The position numbers and the translations under genes were made by a program. DNA of 63,838 bases, the filler included, from an uncultured Methanosarcinales archaeon (GTDB lineage: Archaea; Nanobdellota; Nanobdellia; Woesearchaeales; UBA12501), in assembly GCA_964397315.1 (NCBI GenBank). It is 3 parts of 3 records of this genome, joined end to end, with 100 filler letters (N's around TTAATTAATTAA, not from the genome) between each part and the next. Parts side by side here need not be neighbours in the genome. Positions count along the whole stretch, not along the records: positions 1 to 27,201 come from CAYNHV010000003.1; positions 27,302 to 58,857 come from CAYNHV010000018.1; 1 more part is not named here. One strand, given 5' to 3'. Position 1 is the first letter of the stretch; every line of letters begins with the position of its first letter. Shown here piece by piece: positions 19,096 through 28,459 of the stretch. The notes below the pieces were generated by a model. That model was not told the DNA's origin. It saw nothing but the letters and a program-made list of their open reading frames with translations, and did not search any database.

Positions 19096-20273
19096 GAATG
19101 GAAACAAAGTATGGAAGATTTGGCGGCGTCTATGTGCCTGAGATGATGGTGTCTGCAATGGAGGAGCTGGAATCAGCTTTTATCACTCACACCAAGAAGG
19201 AAGATTTTAGGGAGCATCTCCAAAGTCTTCTAAAGAACTTTGGGGGCAGGCCGACCCCCCTCTACTTTGCTGAGAGAATGTCCCTGGAGATGGGTTTCAA
19301 AGTCTATATCAAAAGGGAGGATCTACTGCATACAGGGGCCCATAAGATAAACAACACTATTGGGCAGGGGCTGCTCGCTAGATATATGGGCAAGAAGGAG
19401 ATAATAGCAGAGACAGGAGCTGGGCAGCATGGTGTTGCCACTGCTGTGGCGGGGGCCTTACTGGATGTTCCTGTAAAGATATTCATGGGAAAAAAGGATA
19501 TCCAGAGGCAAAATCTGAATGTTTACAGGATGAAGCTTTTCGGAGCAGAGGTGGTGCCTGTGAGTGGAGGATCAAGAACACTAAAGGATGCTGTTAATGA
19601 AGCGCTTAGGTACTTTCTTGCTAATGTGGAAACTTCCTACTATCTTTTGGGCAGTATAGTGGGCCCTCATCCTTATCCTTCCATAGTCAGGAGCTTCCAG
19701 CAAATAATAGGCAAGGAAGCGAGAAAGCAGATTATGGAGGCAGAGGGTAAGCTTCCTTCTGCAGTAGTGGCCTGTGTTGGAGGTGGTTCAAATGCGTTGG
19801 GCATATTTGATGGATTTGCAGAATCTGCTGTGAGGCTTATTGGTGTGGAAGCGGGAGGCTCAGGAGGAAAGCATTGTCGCACACTCAGCAAAGGTACTGT
19901 GGGTATTTTCCAGGGCAGCAAGTCATATTTAATACAGGATAAGGATGGTCAAGTGGGAGATGTTCACAGCATAGCAGCGGGCCTGGACTATCCTGGAGTG
20001 GGGCCGCTCCACAGCTTTATGAAAGAGTCAAAAAGAGCTGAATACAGCCATGTCTCTGATAAGGAAGCTCTGGAAGCAGCAAGTTACCTCTGCAGGAAAG
20101 AGGGGATACTTCCTGCGCTTGAGTCAGCTCATGCAGTAGCTTATGTGTTGAAGAACAAGTCACGATTTAGGGATGATGATATTGTAATAATAAACCTCTC
20201 AGGCAGGGGAGATAAGGATGTGAGCCAGATGATGGACACTGACAATTTGGAAGGAAGTGGCAATAATGACTGA
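19092..20273 (+). CDS. trpB: Tryptophan synthase beta chain (TrpB1)
   Basis: REDLLHTGAHKINN, ETGAGQHG, GGGSNA, AGLDYPGVGP, NLSGRGDKD. Confidence 0.98.
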   Translation: MRMETKYGRFGGVYVPEMMVSAMEELESAFITHTKKEDFREHLQSLLKNFGGRPTPLYFAERMSLEMGFKVYIKREDLLHTGAHKINNTIGQGLLARYMGKKEIIAETGAGQHGVATAVAGALLDVPVKIFMGKKDIQRQNLNVYRMKLFGAEVVPVSGGSRTLKDAVNEALRYFLANVETSYYLLGSIVGPHPYPSIVRSFQQIIGKEARKQIMEAEGKLPSAVVACVGGGSNALGIFDGFAESAVRLIGVEAGGSGGKHCRTLSKGTVGIFQGSKSYLIQDKDGQVGDVHSIAAGLDYPGVGPLHSFMKESKRAEYSHVSDKEALEAASYLCRKEGILPALESAHAVAYVLKNKSRFRDDDIVIINLSGRGDKDVSQMMDTDNLEGSGNND

Positions 20274-21063
20274 AAAAAACACTTCTAAAAATGTCTTCAA
20301 GAAGGGCATATTCATGCCTTTCATTGTTTTGGGAGATCCTAATTATGAGAGCAGCCTTGAAATTGCTAAAACATTGATAAATAACAATGCACATGGGCTT
20401 GAATTAGGATTCGCTTTCAGCGATCCTGTTGCAGACGGCCCCTCTGTTCAGAAAGCCAATAGAAGGGCTCTTAAAAGCGGAATCACTACAGAGAAGGCAT
20501 TTTCACTCATTGAAAGGATAAAAAAATTATCCTCAATCCCAATAAGCATAATGGTAAGCTTTAACATTGTGTTCAATTATGGTGTTGATGAATTCTACAG
20601 GAGATGTAAAATTAGCGGAGTTGATGCAGTTCTTTGCCCTGAACTCCCCCTTGAGGAGGCTGAAGAGGTGATAAGATTCGCTGATAAGCATGCTATAAAC
20701 CAGGTTTTCATAGTTTCTCCCACCACAAGCGAGGCCAGGATAAGGAAGATTGATCGGCTGTGCGGGGGTTACATTTATCTTGTGTCCCTCTCAGGCACAA
20801 CAGGAGCCAGGGAGCATCTCAACTCTAATCTTTCGTCGCTTATCAATCGCGTAAAAAGGAACACAAACAAGCCTGTCTATGTTGGTTTTGGCGTATCAAT
20901 GCCTGAACATGTATCAGGAATTTTAAGGGCTGGGGCTGATGGGGCAATATGCGGTTCCAGATTCTGTGAAATTCTTGAGGAAGGCACAGGATTAAAAGAA
21001 AAAAAAGAAAAGATAGCTGCCTTATGCAGCAGGATGGCCGGAGCATTACCAAAAAATATATAA
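20266..21063 (+). CDS. trpA: Tryptophan synthase alpha chain
   Basis: GDP, LELGFAFSDPVADGPSVQ, SLSGTTG, VGFGVS, GADGAICGS. Confidence 0.97.
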   Translation: MTEKNTSKNVFKKGIFMPFIVLGDPNYESSLEIAKTLINNNAHGLELGFAFSDPVADGPSVQKANRRALKSGITTEKAFSLIERIKKLSSIPISIMVSFNIVFNYGVDEFYRRCKISGVDAVLCPELPLEEAEEVIRFADKHAINQVFIVSPTTSEARIRKIDRLCGGYIYLVSLSGTTGAREHLNSNLSSLINRVKRNTNKPVYVGFGVSMPEHVSGILRAGADGAICGSRFCEILEEGTGLKEKKEKIAALCSRMAGALPKNI

Positions 21064-21086
21064 TCCTTTCTTATTTATTAGGGGAG

Positions 21087-21626
21087 ATGATAATAACAAT
21101 CTCTGGAAAGCCGGGCTCCGGCAAGACAAGCGTTGCAAAGAGGGTTGCTGATAAGCTGGGCATGAGGCACCTCTCAACAGGGGACATGAGGGGCCAGCTT
21201 GCACAGGAGCACGGCATGACCATAGACGAGCTCAATGACGTCGGCAGGAGAGAGTTCTGGACAGACAGGATAATAGATGAGAGGACAAAAAAGGTGGGTA
21301 AGGAGGAAGACAATATTGTGATTGACTCATGGCTTGCATGGAATTTTATACCTCATGCTGTGAAAGTATTCCTTGATGTTGACCCTGACGAGGCAGCCAG
21401 GCGCGTGTTCAGGGACCAGCGGCCTGACGAGTCTGCAAAGGAAACTCAGGAGGAGGTAAAGCTCATGCTGAAGAAGAGGTGGGATGAGACTGCAGAGAGG
21501 TACCTGAAGTATTACAGCGTTGATCTTAATGACCTGTCAAATTTTGACCATGTTATTGACACAACAGGGATGAGCATTGAGGAGGTTGCAGACAGGATAG
21601 CCGGCATAGCGCGTAAGCACGGATGA
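21087..21626 (+). CDS. cmk: Cytidylate kinase (archaeal type)
   Basis: MIITISGKPGSGKTSVAK P-loop; RY..YY..D...D..IDT; GGGGAG RBS before the ATG at 21087. Confidence 0.9.
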   Translation: MIITISGKPGSGKTSVAKRVADKLGMRHLSTGDMRGQLAQEHGMTIDELNDVGRREFWTDRIIDERTKKVGKEEDNIVIDSWLAWNFIPHAVKVFLDVDPDEAARRVFRDQRPDESAKETQEEVKLMLKKRWDETAERYLKYYSVDLNDLSNFDHVIDTTGMSIEEVADRIAGIARKHG

Positions 21627-21829
21627 CAGATTCTTCCGTAACCTTTAAATAGGGGCTTGAAATCCTGATATTCATCCTTCTTAGTGCTTGCATTGGGGCT
21701 TAGGAGGCAGTGGGTGTGCAGTATATGAGGTCTGCGAAACAGCTGCAGCAGGTGTGAAGGATAAGACAAGCATACATTGATGCAACCAACACAAGACAGT
21801 CAGCAGGAAAACGCATCAGAGGAGTTTTC

Positions 21830-22570
21830 ATGGCGATAAAGAAGGGAGATTTCGTGGAGCTGGAATACACAGGCAGCCTTAAGGACGGCACTGTCTTTGA
21901 CACTACAGACGAGTCTGCGGCAAGGGAAGCAGGCATGCACAATCCTGATGCAAGGTACGGGCCTGTAACCATCTGCGTTGGAGAGAATCATGTTGTGGAG
22001 GGCCTTGACAGGCAGCTTGAGGGCAAGGAGCCGGGCAATGATTACACAATAGAGGTGCCTCCTGAAGAGGGCTTCGGGAAGAAGGACGCAAAGCAGATAC
22101 AGCTGATATCCACAAGCAAGTTCAGAAAGGAAAACATAAACCCCATGCCCGGCCTGCAGGTAAATGTTGATGGTGCAGTGGGAGTCATAAAGAGCGTCAG
22201 CGGAGGAAGGACTCTGGTGGACTTCAACCATCCCCTCTCAGGCCAGAAGCTCGTCTACAAGGCCAGCATAAAAAAAGTTGTGGATGATGACAGGGAGAAA
22301 TTAAAGTCGCTCATCAACGTAAGGCTGGGACTTGAGAAATTTGATGTTGAGATAAAAGACGGCAGGGCGGTAATCACAACTGAAAAGGAGACCGGCATGC
22401 CCCATGATATAGAGAAGAGGATTTCAGAAGAGATAAAAAGGCTTGTGCCTTCTGTGGAAAGCGCTGAATTCAGTGTAAAAGAAAAGAAAGAAGAGAAAAG
22501 CCAGGCTGGTGATTCAGAGAGAGGACAGGCTAAAGACAAGCAGGAAGAGGGCTCTGAGAGGCAAAAATGA
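21830..22570 (+). CDS. slyD: Long-type FKBP peptidyl-prolyl isomerase (SlyD-like)
   Basis: GDFVELEYTG, VFDTT, PPEEGFG, VDFNHPLSG. Confidence 0.93.
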   Translation: MAIKKGDFVELEYTGSLKDGTVFDTTDESAAREAGMHNPDARYGPVTICVGENHVVEGLDRQLEGKEPGNDYTIEVPPEEGFGKKDAKQIQLISTSKFRKENINPMPGLQVNVDGAVGVIKSVSGGRTLVDFNHPLSGQKLVYKASIKKVVDDDREKLKSLINVRLGLEKFDVEIKDGRAVITTEKETGMPHDIEKRISEEIKRLVPSVESAEFSVKEKKEEKSQAGDSERGQAKDKQEEGSERQK

Positions 22571-22657
22571 CAAAAGATTTATATATAAGTGTGATATCAT
22601 TTATCACCAAAGTAACTACTTTTAAACAATCACTTCTTTGGGGTGAGGTGGAGAGAA

Positions 22658-23815
22658 ATGGAGCTTGAAAACAATGAAAATGCTGAGTCCAACGATGAGC
22701 TTATAGACACGCAGCCGCAGCAGGAAGAGAAAACTTCTTCTGCGCCTATGGTTGAGGAAGGAAAGCCGGACATGGTTGATGCTGAGCTTGAGAGTTATCT
22801 TTCAAAACAGAAAGCCAGCATAAAAGTCATCGGAGCCGGCGGCGGAGGAAACAACACCATCAACAGGATAACAGAGGTGGGTGTCAAGGGGGCAGAGACA
22901 ATAGCTGTGAATACCGACGCCCAGGATCTTCTTTACACTAATGCTGACAAGAAGATACTTCTCGGAAAGGAGTCCACCAAAGGGCTTGGAGCGGGATCCA
23001 TACCCAAGGTGGGTGAGGAGGCTGCAAGAGAGAGCGAGTCAGAGCTGAAGGGCTCAATAAAAGGCTCTGACATGGTGTTTGTCACATGCGGCCTCGGCGG
23101 AGGAACAGGAACAGGATCAGCCCCTGTCATAGCAGAAGTCTCCAAGAAGGTGGGATCCCTCACAGTGGGAATTGTCACAATGCCTTTTGCAATGGAAGGG
23201 CAGAGGAGATACGAGAACGCGGTCATAGGACTTGAAAAGCTGGAGAACATCGTGGACACTCTTATAGTCATACCAAACGACAAGCTTCTTGAGATTGCTC
23301 CGGATCTTCCGCTTCACACGGCATTCAAGGTGGCTGATGAGATACTCACAAATGCAGTCAAGGGTGTTGCAGAGCTTGTCACAAAAGCGGGCCTTATAAA
23401 CCTTGACTTTGCTGACATAAGGACTGTCATGGGCAACGGAGGGGTGGCCCTCATAGGAGTCGGGGAGTCTGACACAGAGAACAGGGCGACAGAGTCTGTT
23501 GAAAAAGCAGTCAACAATCCTCTTCTTGACGTGGACATAGGAGGAGCCAGCGGAGCTCTCATAAACATAACAGGAGGCCCCGACATGACGCTTGACGAGG
23601 CAAGAAAGGTTGTTGAGATTGTCTCTGAAAAGCTGGACGAGGACGCGAGAGTCATATGGGGCGCCCAGATAAGCGAGGACCTGAAGAGCACTGTAAGGAC
23701 GCTTCTGATAATCACTGGAGTGCAGTCATCACAGATATTCGGGCCTGAGAGAAAGGTGTCCACAAAAAGAAAGAAGGAGATAGAAAACGAGCTCGGCATA
23801 GAATTCATTGACTGA
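22658..23815 (+). CDS. ftsZ: Cell division protein FtsZ
   Basis: [23 protein letters not shown]. Confidence 0.98.
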   Translation: MELENNENAESNDELIDTQPQQEEKTSSAPMVEEGKPDMVDAELESYLSKQKASIKVIGAGGGGNNTINRITEVGVKGAETIAVNTDAQDLLYTNADKKILLGKESTKGLGAGSIPKVGEEAARESESELKGSIKGSDMVFVTCGLGGGTGTGSAPVIAEVSKKVGSLTVGIVTMPFAMEGQRRYENAVIGLEKLENIVDTLIVIPNDKLLEIAPDLPLHTAFKVADEILTNAVKGVAELVTKAGLINLDFADIRTVMGNGGVALIGVGESDTENRATESVEKAVNNPLLDVDIGGASGALINITGGPDMTLDEARKVVEIVSEKLDEDARVIWGAQISEDLKSTVRTLLIITGVQSSQIFGPERKVSTKRKKEIENELGIEFID

Positions 23816-23819
23816 AAAA

Positions 23820-24005
23820 ATGGAATTTGCTTCTTTGTTCACAAGGCTGAGATTATTTGCAGGAGAATGCTCTAGAGTCCTCAAGGTGACAAAGAAGCCT
23901 GACGCGTTTGAGTTCAAGACAATAGTGAAGGTATCCGCTCTTGGCATGGCCATCATAGGTGTCATAGGGTTTATACTCTTCATGCTCAAGGAACTGCTCT
24001 TATAG
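23820..24005 (+). CDS. secE: Protein translocase SecE / Sec61-gamma
   Basis: RVLKVTKKP..EF plus one TM; conserved ftsZ-secE-nusG position. Confidence 0.95.
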   Translation: MEFASLFTRLRLFAGECSRVLKVTKKPDAFEFKTIVKVSALGMAIIGVIGFILFMLKELLL

Positions 24006-24012
24006 GGATTTT

Positions 24013-24930
24013 ATGACAGGAGATATGAACAAAATGGAAGAAGAGAAGACAGGGGAAAAAGCAGAACAGGAAGAGAAAAAGGAAGCTCAGGAGACTGAAG
24101 GCTCTGGGGAAGAGGTTGCGGAAGTCCCTTCAGATGAGGCTGGAGAAAGTGCAGGAGAGGCATCAGATACAGGGGCTGGAAAGCAGGAGCCTTTGGATCA
24201 GGCGCCGGAAGAAAGCCCTGAAGAGCCTGCCAGCGTGAATGAATCTCCTGTTCCTGAAGGCCTTGCAGATGACCAGCCTGAAAAAGCAGAAAAAGAGGAA
24301 GTGAAGCCGCCTTTTGAGGACATGGAAGTGGCAAGAGGAAGCAGTGAGGAAGACAGCAGCCCGGAAGGGCCTGAAGAGAAAAAAGAAGAAGATTCAGAGC
24401 GGGACTCAAGCTCCGAAAGCCAGGCAGGTGAGGCAGGCCCAGGCGAAAAGGAGGAATCATCATCAAGCATATTCGCGCTGAGAACAACAGCGAACAGGGA
24501 AGACCAGGTGATGGACTTCATCACCAGCAACATTGAGAAGAAAAAAGAGCTTAATGTTTACTCAGTCATAAGGCCCCATGGAATGAGGGGCTACATATTC
24601 ATTGAGGCTGCAACAAAAGCTGATGCAGAGCAGGCCGCCCATAACATACCCTATGCAAGAGGCCTGCTGCCGAATCCGGTTGACTATTCTGAAATGGAGC
24701 ATATGCTTGAGCAGGTAAAGCATGAGGTTGACATAAGGAAGAATGACATTGCAGAGATAATAGCAGGGCCTTTCAAGAGGGAGAATGCCAAGGTCACGAG
24801 GGTGGACAAGACAAAGGAGGAGGTTGTTGTGGAGCTGCTTGAGGCAGCTGTTCCAATCCCCATAACTGTCAAGATGGATGCGATAAAGGTCATCAGGAGA
24901 GAGGGTGAGGAGGAAGGCAGCGAAGTCTAG
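24013..24930 (+). CDS. spt5: Transcription elongation factor Spt5/NusG with a long acidic N-terminal extension
   Basis: NGN (IFALRTTANRE, RGYIFIEA) plus KOW (IIAGPFKRENAKVTRVD) after ~150 Glu/Ser/Pro-rich residues. Confidence 0.95.
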   Translation: MTGDMNKMEEEKTGEKAEQEEKKEAQETEGSGEEVAEVPSDEAGESAGEASDTGAGKQEPLDQAPEESPEEPASVNESPVPEGLADDQPEKAEKEEVKPPFEDMEVARGSSEEDSSPEGPEEKKEEDSERDSSSESQAGEAGPGEKEESSSSIFALRTTANREDQVMDFITSNIEKKKELNVYSVIRPHGMRGYIFIEAATKADAEQAAHNIPYARGLLPNPVDYSEMEHMLEQVKHEVDIRKNDIAEIIAGPFKRENAKVTRVDKTKEEVVVELLEAAVPIPITVKMDAIKVIRREGEEEGSEV

Positions 24931-25057
24931 GCCTTTTTTTTCTTCCTGAAGCCATATGTGTTCTCATCAGGCATTATAAATTCATAAGACCTGCACAGAG
25001 GTCACTCAGCGCAGGCCATCAAAATCTTTATAAATAAGCTCAAAAACAGGCTATAAC

Positions 25058-25843
25058 ATGGCAGAACAGACAATAGAGGCTCTTGTAAGTGGTGGAGAGG
25101 CAACTGCAGCTCCTCCTCTGGGACCTGCGCTCGGCCCCCTGGGGGTCAACATAGGCGAGGTCGTGGCAGAGATAAACAAGAAGACAGAGAACTTCAAGGG
25201 AATGCAGGTTCCTGTAAAGGTTAATGTTGACCCTGACACCAAGGAGTTCAGCATTAGTGTCGGAACGCCTCCTGCTTCTGCGCTTGTGAAGAAAGAGGCC
25301 AAGCTTGGTAAAGGATCATCAAACCCGCTTTCGGACAAGGTGGCTGACCTGAAGATAGAGCAGATAATCAAGATAGCAAAGATGAAAGAGGAATCTCTCC
25401 TGGGAAAATCCCTGAAAGAGAAGGTAAAAGAGATAATAGGCACGTGCAACTCAATAGGGGTTCTGGTTGAGGGGGTGCCGGCCAATGATGCAATAAAGAT
25501 TGTCAATGACGGCAAGTTTGACGAGGAGATAAGAACAGAGAAGACAGAGCTTTCAGCTGAAGAGCTTAAGGAGCTGGAAGAGGAAAGGAAGAGGCTTGAA
25601 GAGGAGATGAAAGAGAGAAGGGCTGAGTTTGAGGCAAAGGCCAAGCAGATAATAGAGGAGATGAAGGGCAAGCCGCGCGGAGAGATAAAGTCCAGGCTTG
25701 TTGAGGAAAAGATACCTGCTTCTCTTATAGAGGAACTGCTTCCTGCTGAAGCAGCAGGCGAAGCAGGAGAGGAGGGAAAGCCTGCTGAGGGAGGAGAAGC
25801 CCCTAAGGAGGAGGCCCCAAAGGAAGACGCGGGCAAAGCCTGA
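25058..25843 (+). CDS. rpl11: 50S ribosomal protein uL11 with a C-terminal extension
   Basis: ATAAPPLGPALGPLGVN, VGTPPASALVKKE, GTCNSIGV. Confidence 0.96.
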   Translation: MAEQTIEALVSGGEATAAPPLGPALGPLGVNIGEVVAEINKKTENFKGMQVPVKVNVDPDTKEFSISVGTPPASALVKKEAKLGKGSSNPLSDKVADLKIEQIIKIAKMKEESLLGKSLKEKVKEIIGTCNSIGVLVEGVPANDAIKIVNDGKFDEEIRTEKTELSAEELKELEEERKRLEEEMKERRAEFEAKAKQIIEEMKGKPRGEIKSRLVEEKIPASLIEELLPAEAAGEAGEEGKPAEGGEAPKEEAPKEDAGKA

Positions 25844-25959
25844 ACCTCAGTTATTTCTTGCAGAACACAGCTGCTGAATCAGATGATGCCAAATCATATG
25901 ATGTCAGCCAACACAATAAACACTAAAGCTTGCCATCTGGTCTTGTCCCAATAACTGCT

Positions 25960-26577
25960 TTAGCTGCAGAATTTCAGCATGATCTTCTCGTTCTTTGCAG
26001 CATCCTCTGCCAGGAAATCATAGGTTGAATTCAGGTACTTCACCCAGAACCTTGTTATGTTTATCCTCTCTGCCTTGTCAGGATACTCCTCAGCAAGTGT
26101 CTCCAAGCTCTCAACAGCCTCCCTGCCGTGCTCCACGCTCATGTTAAGGTTATGGGTGGCTGCTGTTATGAATATCTTGTGGCCGCACTTGAATCCGTCT
26201 GAAGTGAGGCCTTTCTTTGTCTTTGTCCCCAGCTTGTAGAACTTCTCTGAGAGAAGAAGCTCCTCTCTCGCGTCCACAAGCAACATGCTGGGAGAGCCTT
26301 TTTCAAGGCCTTTCTCAATCTTTTCAAACTCCTCCAACACATTGTCAATCTCCCCTGCATTAAGCGCGTCAGGAAACCTTGGATTAAACTCAAAATGGCT
26401 CACCCCATATCCATAATCATGCAGGGAAAGCCCGTGCCTGCTGTCAATCCCCTCTATTTTTGCCAGGGTATCCTCAAAAACAGCGCTGCCTGTTATGTCG
26501 CACCCTCCTATAACTATGATAAAGAGCGCAAAGAGCGCTATGAGCATGGCATAAGCTGTAATGCCTTTGTATTCCAT
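25960..26577 (-). CDS. Hypothetical secreted protein/lipoprotein
   Basis: Hydrophobic N-terminus ending IGGC, then ITG; 205-aa ORF. Confidence 0.7.
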   Translation of the reverse strand: MEYKGITAYAMLIALFALFIIVIGGCDITGSAVFEDTLAKIEGIDSRHGLSLHDYGYGVSHFEFNPRFPDALNAGEIDNVLEEFEKIEKGLEKGSPSMLLVDAREELLLSEKFYKLGTKTKKGLTSDGFKCGHKIFITAATHNLNMSVEHGREAVESLETLAEEYPDKAERINITRFWVKYLNSTYDFLAEDAAKNEKIMLKFCS

Positions 26578-26659
26578 GGTCCTGGCGGTTATGCACTCCC
26601 TGAATTTAAATCTTACTGTTTTTGGGCTCTTCCAGCAGAGGGGGTTTTGAGGGATATGC

Positions 26660-26960
26660 TTGTGCTTATAATCATAATTCCTGATGCTTCCCGCCCTTGG
26701 GAAGATGATATTCCAGTTTTTACAGCTCTAGATTCCACCCTCCTTAGAGTGGTTTGTTTATGATAATAACTCCTGGTAATTCCTAGGGGATAATAAGTTT
26801 GTGCTGGCCCTTCCTGGTACTTCCCTCCCTTACTGCAGAACCACTTAGCAGGCTTACACCTTCTGGAAAAGCACAACTTACTCCTTCTTCCACCAATAAG
26901 CCCACCCAGTAATATGCTCAAAGTGCTCTGTTGGAGTTGGTGCGCTCAAGCTGTTGAAGG
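26660..26960 (-). repeat. Dispersed degenerate intergenic element, family B, copy 2
   Basis: Its reverse complement starts CCTTCAACAGCTTGAGCGCACCAACTCCA, as at 58958, and shares modules with 2755-2935. Confidence 0.8.
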
Positions 26961-26970
26961 GGGCGGGAGA

Positions 26971-27201
26971 TTGCCAAACGAAGTTTGGCAATTCTAATAC
27001 TGCAAAACAAAGTTTTGCAGGCCTGAAAATACTTTGTATTTTCAGTAATCCCAGACGAGCTTGCGAGTCGGGATTATTTTTAGGCAGGAAAAATCAGTTT
27101 GTAACCGCGACTGGGGTGGTGGCAATATATGGGGGAGTTACAAATTTTATTGAAAATGGCGCAAAGCCATTTTCCAGTGGGTTTAAAGAAAATCCCGACT
27201 C
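26971..27201. repeat. Cluster of mini-hairpins plus the family A left end, running into the gap
   Basis: TTGCCAAAC-GAA-GTTTGGCAA; CTGCAAAAC-AAA-GTTTTGCAG; CTGAAAATAC-TTT-GTATTTTCAG; TTATTGAAAATGGCGCAAAGCCATTTTCCAGTGGGTT at 27147, identical to 12299. Confidence 0.8.
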
Positions 27202-27301
27202 NNNNNNNNNNNNNNNNNNNNNNNNNNNNNNNNNNNNNNNNNNNNTTAATTAATTAANNNNNNNNNNNNNNNNNNNNNNNNNNNNNNNNNNNNNNNNNNN
27301 N
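27202..27301. other. Assembly gap / artificial contig linker
   Basis: N-run containing TTAATTAATTAA (stops in all frames). Confidence 0.97.
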
Positions 27302-27319
27302 TCTAAAGAAATGGGAAAC

Positions 27320-28459
27320 TTATGGTTTTTTATATAGGGGGTTTCTGGGGAGCCGGACATACTGGTCGCTGCTGATGCCAAGCCTTATTCCGAAGTTTGA
27401 GTAAAGGTTGTCTGATGCTTTCTCCAGCACATCAGTGTAGAATGACTCGCTTCTGCTGGCCCTGCTGTCAATGAACACCCTTATGGGCACTGTGGGGTCA
27501 CCTTCTTTTTCAGGGCGCCCCCATATCACGGCTTTTTTGCCCAGCAGCTCTGATGGTGTGGGTGCGTCTCGCTTCTCAGGCCCACTGTATTTTATGTAAA
27601 CCTCTCCGAGCTTTGCGCCTGATTCCCTTTCAGTTACTATTATTGACCATGTGCCGTCAGGATTCCTGTACTTCCTTATTAGCTCTGAGTATCTTATGAT
27701 ATGGCCCTTGTCATCATGCGATTCAGAGCCGCTGTCATATCCCTTGAAGTTTACTGTAACATTCTCGCCCCCATTTGTCAGGTCCAGATCTCCCTTGTTG
27801 TGGAATGCTTTCAATATCCCTGGTATTTCCAGCCATTGATCTCCAATCCTGAGTGTCTGGCCCTTTTCCAGTTCCAGGATTTCTCCATTCCCAAGCCTGG
27901 CCACTTCTCCAAGTTTTCCTTCTCTAGCCAGTGAGATGTACGTTTCCCGTTCAGGGATTCCTTCAAACGCTGCGTCTATCCGCAACGAAATGTAACTGAG
28001 CTCAGGACGGATCGTCTCTGTTGATGTGATAGAGCCGTCCTTTACAGTGTGGTAATAGCAGTTAAAGTCGTCGCATGTGAGAATCTTTTTCCCTTCAAGC
28101 TTATTCTCAAGCTCTGAGGGCTGCTGTTCTCTTTCTATTATCCGGGGGCTGCTGTTGTGGGTCTCTTCTACCATTCCATTGATGCGCATGTCATTGTTGT
28201 CACCCTCTACCCGCACTGTATGTGCTATGCCCTGCAGGTATATCCTGCTGTTATCGCTGTACACATTAACCTTCCCATATGACCCAGGGAGCTTCACAAC
28301 TCCGTTATCAGCATGGATGTTTGCTGTTGAATGGACATTTGAGCCGCGGTTTATTACTCTGGCTCCTCCTGCCTCTGACACCGCAGGCCTTGCTGAGTAT
28401 ATCATGCCTGCCATTGCTGTTCCGCACAAAACTGATATTACCTTCTTTGCCAGCCCCAT
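27320..28459 (-). CDS. Hypothetical secreted protein
   Basis: 379-aa ORF with a signal-peptide-like N-terminus and beta-helix-like repeats near the N-terminus. Confidence 0.7.
   Translation of the reverse strand: MGLAKKVISVLCGTAMAGMIYSARPAVSEAGGARVINRGSNVHSTANIHADNGVVKLPGSYGKVNVYSDNSRIYLQGIAHTVRVEGDNNDMRINGMVEETHNSSPRIIEREQQPSELENKLEGKKILTCDDFNCYYHTVKDGSITSTETIRPELSYISLRIDAAFEGIPERETYISLAREGKLGEVARLGNGEILELEKGQTLRIGDQWLEIPGILKAFHNKGDLDLTNGGENVTVNFKGYDSGSESHDDKGHIIRYSELIRKYRNPDGTWSIIVTERESGAKLGEVYIKYSGPEKRDAPTPSELLGKKAVIWGRPEKEGDPTVPIRVFIDSRASRSESFYTDVLEKASDNLYSNFGIRLGISSDQYVRLPRNPLYKKP

Noticed and set aside
21087..21626. P-loop kinase after trpA as the missing shikimate kinase
   Set aside because: Its motifs fit archaeal cytidylate kinase and it begins the housekeeping cluster.
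26660..26960. Family B or RM-tail repeats as DGR template/variable regions
   Set aside because: Mismatches are not confined to adenines, family B has indels, and there is no reverse transcriptase in the window.
27202..27301. TTAATTAATTAA palindrome within Ns (also 58858-58957)
   Set aside because: Artificial contig-joining linker. Adjacency across it was not used as evidence.
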